In this document: in pieces, positions 41,901 to 49,374 of the stretch
Layout of the letters: each line of letters begins with the position of its first letter
How positions within the stretch are numbered: position 1 is the first letter of the stretch
NCBI GenBank assembly: GCA_965197745.1
Contig: CBDANS010000007.1
Coordinates: 1,408,001 to 1,472,000, forward strand
DNA: 64,000 nt
Reading direction: 5' to 3'
Source: Opitutales bacterium
GTDB taxonomy: Bacteria; Verrucomicrobiota; Verrucomicrobiia; Opitutales; PNEW01
Made by a program: the position numbers and the translations under genes
Notes under the pieces: generated by a model
The model's database searches: none
What the model saw: the letters and a program-made list of their open reading frames with translations, nothing else
Told to the model about the DNA's origin: nothing

Positions 41901-42256
41901 TGGGTGGACTCGGATTGCTCTTGGGCAGCGTTGGATTAGGTGTTGTTGTGGCGCGCAATATGTTGGAGCGCCAGCGTGAGTTTGCTTTGCTCGCAGCCGT
42001 GGGTTTTCGCAAGGGTCTTTTGAGAAGACTTGTTTTTATCGAACACCGGTGGCTTATAGTCTGGGGCCTCCTCATTGGTATTTTGACGGCGCTTGTTGCG
42101 GTGTGGCCAACCCTGCAATCGCGGGGCGCTTACTTTCCTTTCCTGGAGATGGTTATATTAATATTAGCACTTTCTCTAGGGTGTATTCTCTGGACCTGGA
42201 TAGCAGCCTACACAACCTTACGGGGTAGTCTGATCGTCAACTTGAGATCCGAGTAA
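38933..42256 (+). CDS. FtsX/MacB-like ABC permease (duplicated domains, 1107 aa)
   Basis: Two R..E.GLL.AVGF TM modules with large periplasmic domains. Confidence 0.9.
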   Translation: MSSWTIVWRSLLYYRRTHLGVILGTALSAMVLIGALLVGDSVKSTLKELALLRIGEIDASLYSSDRYFREDLADDLKLAWEEAVTIAPAVMLQGNVTTPDRASRANDVQILGVDNRFWQLSPSGKSQPFTSLNEIHINTKLATKLDVAPGDTLVLRVEKPGNLSRDAPLSGAHDSIIAIRGVIKSVVSDEDFGRFGLQASQIPSPNVYLSLPLIQERLDLKKKANMLLVGSPGSHSITADRVNLILQKQWQLEDMSLSIRELMPARGWELRSNQVFLDPSITRAVHAILPNRTDVLTYFVNEIRTRDRVTPYSFVTAFNPTVNSFIPDELGEDEIIINQWLADDLDVKIGESIELRYYVVGERRNLVERLRQFQVRHILPMTHPGINLSWMPDFPGLADAENCRDWEPGIPIELDRIRDKDETYWDQYRGTPKAFINLSRGQEMWSNRWGNLTAIRYQQEIITREIFTASLRDQMDITRVGLYFIPLREETLAATQSPIDFGQLFIGFSFFIITASAVLTGLLFVFSVEQRNHETGLLLAVGFRGKETGQLILREGAILSVIGSLIGAGAAVIYTHIVIYALSTVWRDAVGAVVFSFKAMPSTIGGGIILNIIIALFVMWLASRKQLRRPVSQLLGAEGLYEQLDSRGTKIHNRRAIMISVLSFLLALSIIYLVGVIGKGHEAEIFFGAGSLLLISGVALFSAWLGRISQSGGGVSGISHLGQLNVTRRRGRSLATTAVLACGVFMVVAVNTFRHDPLKSASERRSGTGGFALIGESTIPVYHDLNEASVHQLFVLNKTIMEGVAFVPFRVLNGDDASCLNLNRAQRPRLLGVKPDDLHERGAFRFSSLSESISPADGWRILETEISDRVIPAVADEVTVKWALGKTLDDTLTFKDERGQPFELQIAGIVAGSILQGNLIISEEQFIDKFPSHSGYKAFLIDTPIENAETVVTHLAQSLENLGLELTPAWIRLAEFQSIEHAYISIFQVLGGLGLLLGSVGLGVVVARNMLERQREFALLAAVGFRKGLLRRLVFIEHRWLIVWGLLIGILTALVAVWPTLQSRGAYFPFLEMVILILALSLGCILWTWIAAYTTLRGSLIVNLRSE

Positions 42257-42272
42257 ACAATAAGTAATATAA

Positions 42273-42974
42273 GTGATTATGGACACTCATAACTGTTCAC
42301 TGACTGTCCTTGAGGTAATATTTTGTTTCTGTTTACTATTATTTACTTCTGTTCAAGGTGCTAATTTGGACGAACAAATCGAATTAAGTGATGAAAGCTG
42401 GGAGCAGATTTATAAAAACGACTTTTCAGCAGATAATAGAGACGGAATGTTTGTATTAGGGGGAGACTTTAAGATCGCAGAGAGTGAGTACGGCCCGGTT
42501 CTTGTATTGCCAGGTGAACCATTAGGTGATTTTGGCGTACTTTTTGGTCCGCGACACCAGGATAGTGTGGCTGTCCGCGCGCGTATCTTATCCAATTCAA
42601 TGGGAAGACGGATGCCTGCTTTCAGTATCGGACTTAATGGGCGCTCCGGTTACAGGATACGCGTATCGGCGAGTGCCAAAGCTGTAGAACTTCTCAAAGG
42701 GAACGAGGTCTACGCAACCGCTCCATTCAAGTGGTCACCGGAAAGTTGGACATGGTTGCATCTGCAGGTTGTTAAAGCGTCAAAGAAGCGGTGGATAATT
42801 ACTGGTAAAGTTTGGTTGGATGGGAGTAGTGAACCTCCTGATTGGATTGTTCAAATGGAAGATCTCACCGGTCCACAGAAGGGCAGGGCATCAATTTGGG
42901 GAATGCCGTTCTCGGGAAAGGATATCCTATTTGACGACGTCAGTATTTATCTTAAGCGGGTGGATGAGGAATAA
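42273..42974 (+). CDS. secreted beta-sandwich protein, paralog of the C-terminal domain of 20426-22696
   Basis: Signal-like N-terminus; shares PFKW.P..W, K.W...S.EP..W and ...D..SI with that domain. Confidence 0.75.
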   Translation: MIMDTHNCSLTVLEVIFCFCLLLFTSVQGANLDEQIELSDESWEQIYKNDFSADNRDGMFVLGGDFKIAESEYGPVLVLPGEPLGDFGVLFGPRHQDSVAVRARILSNSMGRRMPAFSIGLNGRSGYRIRVSASAKAVELLKGNEVYATAPFKWSPESWTWLHLQVVKASKKRWIITGKVWLDGSSEPPDWIVQMEDLTGPQKGRASIWGMPFSGKDILFDDVSIYLKRVDEE

Positions 42975-43009
42975 TCCATCAGGACGAGTGAAAGTATCAT
43001 GCAAAAAAG

Positions 43010-43428
43010 CTTCGTCTTCGTCTGCCTCTTCGTCTCGAATTTAATTCTCACTATATTGTAAATTATTAATAGAGATAGACGAAGATATAATGCTTATCTC
43101 ATTACAATTTAGCCACGACGGAGCGTGGTCCTCCAAATATTCATTAATGTCAGGTGGAACGCGGTGTCCCTACCGCGTTTGAAGTAATCATTAATAAAAA
43201 AATAAGTTCCTGAATCTCATGCAATAATCTTCGTCTTCGTCTACGTCTGCCTCTTCGTCTCGTATTTAATTATCATCATATTGTAAATTATTAATGGAGA
43301 TAGACGAAGACGAAGATTTAATGCCTATTTCATTACAACTTAGCCACGACGGAGCGTGGCACTCCAATTGGGTATGACCATCTATCAATCTATAGCTTTT
43401 ACTGGAGGGACGCACTCCGTTGCGTCCG
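43010..43428. repeat. REP cluster downstream of RAYT with a duplicated ~125-140 bp unit
   Basis: REPs at 43112-43135, 43153-43179, 43343-43366 and 43402-43428; units 43010-43135 and 43229-43366 are near-identical. Confidence 0.85.
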
Positions 43429-43472
43429 TGAAGATTTGCAGAAGATTAAAACATATTTTCATCCATCTTATT

Positions 43473-43958
43473 TTATGAATCGTGCCAACGGAAAACATAT
43501 AATTCCCCTTGATAGGGCCAATCATTTGGATCTTTGACTAATTCATGCCGCAGGGGATTATTCCGAACATAGTTCCACTTAGTCGTGTAGCTTTCTCCCC
43601 TTCGCAATTGTCGATCCCAATACCCTTTTTGCCATATTGGCTGTTGTTCTAAGCTGGGCCAACGACACGAAACATAGGATTTCCAATATTTAACCCAGGG
43701 AGTTAAGGGTTCCACTATTACTGAAGCTGGAGCACAGAATAAGTGAATATGGTCAGGTAGAATTACAAAGCGTCCAACTTTCCACGAACTGTCGATAGCC
43801 CAGGATTGCTGAATCAGGGAGAAAGTATGTTCATTGGCAAAGATCTTTTTTCTTTCTGACGAACATACAGTAACAAATACAATGTTAGAGCGTTGTGGGA
43901 TTTCCAAGATAGAGAGATGCGCAGGGGATTTCCTGTCTGGATAGTACCCTTTGGTCAT
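43473..43958 (-). mobile_element. REP-associated tyrosine transposase (RAYT, Y1 HUH family)
   Basis: FVTVC, PDHIH (HUH), IWQ.GYWDR..R, YV.NNP; flanked by inverted REPs. Confidence 0.88.
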
Positions 43959-44007
43959 TAAGATCTATAACGGACAATTAGTCTTTTTGTTAATATCGAA
44001 CTTTTAG

Positions 44008-44095
44008 CGGCCACGACGGAGCGTGGCCCTCCATTGTTCTTTCAGGAGGCAGGTGTTTTGTTGATATTCTGGAGGGCCACTCTCCGTCGTCGCGG
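44008..44095. repeat. REP pair upstream of RAYT (class B)
   Basis: CGGCCACGACGGAGCGTGGCCCTCCA at 44008-44033 and CTGGAGGGCCACTCTCCGTCGT from 44069. Confidence 0.8.
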
Positions 44096-44242
44096 TGTTA
44101 CATCAAAGAAATACCAAAAGATGAGGAAGAAGTCACCAAGCGGCATCTGTCAGGGGCATTAGCAGTTAGCAATCGGAAATCATATTCCGATGAGCTCCCT
44201 CGGCTTGAATTCAGGGCCGAAGGCGCTCAAATAACAAACGAT

Positions 44243-45520
44243 CTAATTCGCACCGAGATCGAGGCATTTCATTTCTTTTTGACTGCGCAATACCAGCTTT
44301 CCGTTACTAAAGGCCATGGGTCCCCACATCTTCCCATCCTCATCATCGAACACTTTCGTTCTCGCCAGTTCAGTGTAGGCATGGGGGTTGGGATCAATTA
44401 ATGCCAGTTCACCGATCTTTCCGTCCAGTATAAGAAGCAGGTCTCCAGTGATAATTAGATTCCCTCTTTCGAAATTGGGTGAAGATCCGGTTTGCCATTT
44501 TATTTGACCATCGAGGTCTAAACATACCAGACCATCCGGGTTATCCTTACGTAAATTTTCGTTGGTGTTAAAGTTTGCATAGAGATAGTCTTTATATAAT
44601 AGGGTGGGATGAAGCTGGGAACCTTGATCTTCAATGCGGAAAAGTTCAGACACTTCATATTGACCCTTATCCAAGGTGATTTTAATCATTACCGAACCGG
44701 CCCCATAACCGCCGGTGACAAAAATTCTTCCGTCACCGATGGAGGTTATAGCAGGAATAGGAATCCTATTAAAGTAACCGGTGTATTTCCACATCAGATC
44801 TCCCGTTTTCGGACTGACCGCGGAGAGCTGACCTTTGGTAAGCATAAGAACAGACTCCACCCCCGCGATGGTGCGTAATATCGGGGAGACATAGCTATCC
44901 CCAAGTATTGCTTCGGATTTCCAGACAATTTCACCTGTTGTTCGATCAAGTCCTGCTAAACCTGCATTTTCACTCATGGGCGCTACGATCAACAGGTTTT
45001 TATAGAGCAATGGTGATTGACTGAAACCCCAATTGGGCGGCTCAGCATCAAAGGTATTTATTAGATTTGTAGTCCAAACTTCCTTCCGGGTATTCCGGTC
45101 TACACAGTAGACATTTCCAAATGGGCTCACCGCGTAAATTCTCTTTCTGCCGATGGTGGGCGTGGATCGCGATCCATTATAGCCGAGCCTGCCGGGGACA
45201 TCAAAAGATATATTCCATAATTCTTTTCCCGTCTCTAAATCCAGGCAGCGCAGCACATCGTTTTCGTCATTCACCCGGTCCAGTAAATAAACTTTACCAT
45301 TACGAATACTCGCTCCACCAAAGCCTTCCCCCACATTTAAGGTCCACATTACTTTTGGTCCACCGCTGGGCCATGATCGCGAAAGGCGACCTTTCTTCGT
45401 GATTCCATCTCGATTGGGACCCAGAAACTGAGACCAATCGGGCGCTGCCGTGAGACCCGCGCATGCGAAGAGCAAAATACTGATTGCACCCGCTTTAGAA
45501 AAGATAAAATATCGATTCAT
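44243..45520 (-). CDS. secreted PQQ-like beta-propeller repeat protein
   Basis: Start at ATG 45520 (MNRYF) gives a signal peptide followed by DWSQFLGP.RDG and CLD..TG..W repeats. Confidence 0.88.
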   Translation of the reverse strand: MNRYFIFSKAGAISILLFACAGLTAAPDWSQFLGPNRDGITKKGRLSRSWPSGGPKVMWTLNVGEGFGGASIRNGKVYLLDRVNDENDVLRCLDLETGKELWNISFDVPGRLGYNGSRSTPTIGRKRIYAVSPFGNVYCVDRNTRKEVWTTNLINTFDAEPPNWGFSQSPLLYKNLLIVAPMSENAGLAGLDRTTGEIVWKSEAILGDSYVSPILRTIAGVESVLMLTKGQLSAVSPKTGDLMWKYTGYFNRIPIPAITSIGDGRIFVTGGYGAGSVMIKITLDKGQYEVSELFRIEDQGSQLHPTLLYKDYLYANFNTNENLRKDNPDGLVCLDLDGQIKWQTGSSPNFERGNLIITGDLLLILDGKIGELALIDPNPHAYTELARTKVFDDEDGKMWGPMAFSNGKLVLRSQKEMKCLDLGAN

Positions 45521-45632
45521 ATTTCTTCTTTTTTCTAACAAATTATTTAATTTAGCTTTGTCGAGGTAGACTGAACGTAGAATTTTACCTGGCTGAGCAA
45601 GGAAGTATTTTCCATCCCCAATAATACAATCA

Positions 45633-47717
45633 TTGAGATCAAGGTATTTACATGATTTGTTTTTTACGACCATTAAACGGAAATTTGTCTGTTTGGTGGT
45701 TATCCCTTTGACCTGGCTGTTCATTTCCCAGGCTGTGGCAGAGGAAGAAACTGCGGGTTCAGCCGTAACGGAACTCCCTGAATTAATCACAGAAGCGATA
45801 CCGCTATTTCATAAAGGTATAGCTTCCAGTTTATCTTTACTTGATACTCAGGACCTGGATCTTTCGGGGTTGAGTTCAATTTCTCAATTACAGACACAAT
45901 CACCCAATTTAAATATCAGCAGCAACTCGCTTCGCTCTTTTGGCGATATTTATACGATCCGTGGATTGGGCAACACTGCGTTCTTTAGTGATCCCGGGGT
46001 TGTTCTTTACATAGACGATGTTCCTTTTGGGAATGCATACAGTTATGTCCCCGATTTGATTGATGTCGAAGAAATAGAAATTCACCGGGGACCTCAGGGA
46101 ACTTTATTTGGACGGAACAGTGAAGCCGGCGTTATTGCTGTAAGGACACGGCAGCCCGATAATAATTTTAAGACAAGCGCCTCTGTGGCCTATGGTAATT
46201 ACGACAACCAGGATTATCGATTATCTTTCACCGGACCACTGATAAAGGATCACCTGTATTTTAGTTTAAGCGGGGGGCATACGCAACGCGACGGGTTCTT
46301 ATACAACACATTTTTACAAAAGAATACTGATACGCGGGACTCGTGGTTTGGCCGAATAGCGCTTCGCTGGACGCCAAATGAAGACTGGGATATTACATTG
46401 GGGCTGAATGGTGAAAAGTATGACGATGGTGATCAGCGTATCACCTCATTGCTTGGAGATCCCTATCAGGTGAATTCCGATCTTGAGGGTTTGACAAAGA
46501 TTGAGCGTAACAATCAATCGCTTCGTGCGGTCCGCACTTTTGACTGGGGTACGATCACCTCTGTTACGACTCGGAACGATTGGAGCCTTAATCCTAACAT
46601 CCTCGATCTCGATCTTTCTTCTGACCCGTTATTTACGTCCACGATCTTGCAATCACAGGATTTATGGACACAGGAACTGCGCATCGAATCAAAAGAGGAT
46701 GACACGAAATACTTGCGATGGCGTGCCGGATTTTTCTTTCTGGACGGCGATACCAACGGGGACACGACGCGCACATTTTTTGGTGCTCCAGAGAGAACCG
46801 TTTACGAGATTAATGAGAACAATTACGCGATCTTTGGAAGAGCGATATACACGATGCTGAAGCATTTTGAAATTGTCGCTGGCATCCGCTACGACTATAC
46901 GGAGAAGAAAATAAATCGTGTGAAAGCCAGTATCCAGGGGCAAAATCTGGAAGTGATCCGGGGCGCTGATTATTCAAATGTGATACCTACCCTCGGCTTG
47001 AATTATCGCATCAATAAGGACTTGAACGTTTATGGGGTAACCGGATTAGGGTTTAAAACGGGTGGATTTTCTGCCTTTTCCGATGATCCGCAAATAGCCC
47101 AATACGACACCGAGACGGTCTGGAGCAATGAGTGGGGCCTGAAAATGACCGCATTTGATGAACAATTGCAACTGACGCTATCAGCGTTCTACAATGAGAT
47201 GGACGATTATCAGGTAGAGCGCTCATTCACGCTGACTGATTATATTATCGTCAATGCACCGGATTCTCACGCAAGTGGATTTGAGGTGGAACTGGTAAGT
47301 ATTCCCATTGAAAGTTTAACCTTTAATATTGCATTTGGGTACACGAATTTTGAATTCGATGAATACCTGGATCCGTTTACGGGAAATAACTTTAAGGGTA
47401 AACGGGCACCCTTCACACCTGAGTTTACCCTTAATCTCTCCACAAGCTACGAGCATAAGAACGGACTATTTGCTTGGATGGAATATAAAGCATTGGGAGA
47501 TACTTATTACGACGAAGCAAACACACTCCGGTATATGCAATCAGATTATGGAGTGCTGAATGCTAATATTGGCTATCAGCGTGACTGGTTCAGTATCGTC
47601 CTTTACGGCCGTAATCTCACTGAATCAACCTATTACACAAACAAAGTAATAGACATCGATGCCGGAGTGCCCGGTGAACCCCAGACCTATGGCATCATGA
47701 CTTCAGTTCGTTTTTGA
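45633..47717 (+). CDS. TonB-dependent receptor
   Basis: Plug IRGLG...V..YIDDV and EI.RGPQGTLFGRN..AG; beta-barrel; NLT...Y and C-terminal Phe. Confidence 0.93.
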   Translation: MRSRYLHDLFFTTIKRKFVCLVVIPLTWLFISQAVAEEETAGSAVTELPELITEAIPLFHKGIASSLSLLDTQDLDLSGLSSISQLQTQSPNLNISSNSLRSFGDIYTIRGLGNTAFFSDPGVVLYIDDVPFGNAYSYVPDLIDVEEIEIHRGPQGTLFGRNSEAGVIAVRTRQPDNNFKTSASVAYGNYDNQDYRLSFTGPLIKDHLYFSLSGGHTQRDGFLYNTFLQKNTDTRDSWFGRIALRWTPNEDWDITLGLNGEKYDDGDQRITSLLGDPYQVNSDLEGLTKIERNNQSLRAVRTFDWGTITSVTTRNDWSLNPNILDLDLSSDPLFTSTILQSQDLWTQELRIESKEDDTKYLRWRAGFFFLDGDTNGDTTRTFFGAPERTVYEINENNYAIFGRAIYTMLKHFEIVAGIRYDYTEKKINRVKASIQGQNLEVIRGADYSNVIPTLGLNYRINKDLNVYGVTGLGFKTGGFSAFSDDPQIAQYDTETVWSNEWGLKMTAFDEQLQLTLSAFYNEMDDYQVERSFTLTDYIIVNAPDSHASGFEVELVSIPIESLTFNIAFGYTNFEFDEYLDPFTGNNFKGKRAPFTPEFTLNLSTSYEHKNGLFAWMEYKALGDTYYDEANTLRYMQSDYGVLNANIGYQRDWFSIVLYGRNLTESTYYTNKVIDIDAGVPGEPQTYGIMTSVRF

Positions 47718-47760
47718 TCAGTAATTTTTTAAAGTAAGGGAATTAGAATTATTGATTGAT

Positions 47761-48021
47761 CTTCGTCTTCGTCTGCCTCTTCGTCTTCGTCCCAGATAAT
47801 TATCGTAATATTCGATTTATTATACTTGTACTCAAGGTGGAGCGGGCTGCCTGTCCGACATAGCCTTGGCGACGGCTGATCCCTAGCACGCTTCTTCATT
47901 AGCGACTTAATCTAACGCGCTAGGGACACGATTCGACTGAGCTCATCGCAGGTTGCGTTCCACCATGATATGATAGTAATTAAATGAAGGGACGCAGACG
48001 AAGAGGAGGACGCTGACGAAG
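47761..48021. repeat. composite repeat: (CTTCGT)n bracket around an inverted REP-C pair, each REP interrupted by an insert
   Basis: REP 47836-47893 with a 30-bp insert and REP 47914-47964 with a ~25-bp insert; CTTCGT arrays at 47761 and ACGAAG-like arrays near 47990-48021. Confidence 0.7.
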
Positions 48022-48026
48022 CTTTA

Positions 48027-48701
48027 TTAACCGAGTACTTTTTCAAGCCAGATTGCGATGGCATCTATCTCGTCCTCACAGACGGCATGCATCATCGGGT
48101 AATCTAACCATTCCACGGAATAATGCATTTCAGTCAGCGCGTCTCTGGATTCTTCTGCCAGCGAGATGGGGATCATTTGATCCATTTGACCATGAATCAT
48201 TAATATAGGGATGTCCTGATTAGCAGGGTGGGGAGGCGGTATTGATGAATCTACCGCTTCTCCTATATGAGTAGAGAGAGCCAGAATTCCAGCCAACCTT
48301 TCATCGTATCGTAAGCCAGTATGCAAAGCAATAGTGCCACCCTGGGAGAAACCGGCGAGGACAATCTTTTGTGGGGAGATTCCCGATTGAATCTCGCTTT
48401 TAATAATCCGGTCAATTTTTTCACGGGTCTTTTCAATACCCGGCCAATCCGTTTTTATTGGGTTGGCCATCTCAATCAGATCGAACCATGCCGGCATTAC
48501 CATGCCCCCGTTAACGGTAACGGGTAGGGTGGGAGCGTGGGGTAATATAAATCGTATGGGAATTGACGCGTTTTCTGCCAATTGCCAGGCTACAGGTTCA
48601 AAGTCGTGACCATCTGCGCCCAATCCATGAAGCCAAATAACTGACGTTTCCGGCTTTTTTTTGGGATTAACCTCAACACAAGGTAAAATAGCGTCGTTCA
48701 A
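48027..48701 (-). CDS. phospholipase/carboxylesterase (alpha/beta hydrolase)
   Basis: WLHGLGADG.DF, M.AW.D, GFSQG, HG..D, Y...H. Confidence 0.92.
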   Translation of the reverse strand: MNDAILPCVEVNPKKKPETSVIWLHGLGADGHDFEPVAWQLAENASIPIRFILPHAPTLPVTVNGGMVMPAWFDLIEMANPIKTDWPGIEKTREKIDRIIKSEIQSGISPQKIVLAGFSQGGTIALHTGLRYDERLAGILALSTHIGEAVDSSIPPPHPANQDIPILMIHGQMDQMIPISLAEESRDALTEMHYSVEWLDYPMMHAVCEDEIDAIAIWLEKVLG

Positions 48702-48943
48702 TTCCTTCTGATTAGTGGATGCAATAACACCGGAGATAAATGGTAATTCTCATTCAGAAAAAAATTAACCCGATGAGGCTGAGTCCACAGAGAATAAGAA
48801 CAATGGTTAACACCTTTTTTTCCTGTTGTGTAAGCTGCCAGGGCATGAGTGAAATAATTTATAGTTTACCTGAATCCGCAAGGATTTCTTTACAGGATGC
48901 AGCCGCCGTCGACCCGCGACCGCGGGACTATGTCGTGCCAAGG

Positions 48944-49027
48944 GATGCAAGATACAGGATGCAAGATGCGTGATGGTTGATACGGGATGCATGATGCGGG
49001 ATGGTTGAACGGTGAGCAGTGAACAGT
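48944..49027. repeat. degenerate 7-bp tandem repeat (12 units, GATRCRN-like)
   Basis: GATGCAA GATACAG GATGCAA GATGCGT GATGGTT GATACGG GATGCAT GATGCGG GATGGTT GAACGGT GAGCAGT GAACAGT. Confidence 0.75.
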
Positions 49028-49114
49028 AGCTATCGTCCCTTTTTATCATTGAGAAGGAAGTGTAGCCGACTTCCAACATTTGATATGCTTGAGTACATCA
49101 TAAGACTTCCCCTG

Positions 49115-49266
49115 GATTGTTTCGTCCCGCAGCCGCAGGACTCGCAATGACAAAGGAATGAACAGGAAGCATGTTTTAAATATCCTCTTATAGATTATAC
49201 ACTTACTGTCATTGCGAGGAGTGGAGCGACGAAGCTACCGAGTCCCGCAATTGCGGGATGACATCT
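49115..49266. repeat. TGTCATTGCGAG-type palindromic repeat pair
   Basis: GATTGTTTCG...CTCGCAATGACA (49115-49152) and TGTCATTGCGAGGAGTGGAGCGACGAAGC (49207-49235). Confidence 0.7.
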
Positions 49267-49374
49267 TCCATTCCAGGCAAATGTAAATATGTGTCCGGTA
49301 ATCCTTCGAAATGAGTGTTGGCTTCATGCAGTTAAGGAACTCATTTATACCTATCCCTGCTTTATAAATCTAAT

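Noticed and set aside
43010..44095. CRISPR array
   Set aside because: Repeats alternate in orientation and class, spacing is irregular, and no cas genes are present; RAYT-associated REPs explain them
45521..45790. N-terminal extension of ORF 44243-45790
   Set aside because: It overlaps the divergent TonB receptor gene; ATG 45520 gives a proper signal peptide
48740..49079. ORFs of 77 and 90 aa
   Set aside because: They are translations of heptamer and palindromic repeats with no protein-like signal
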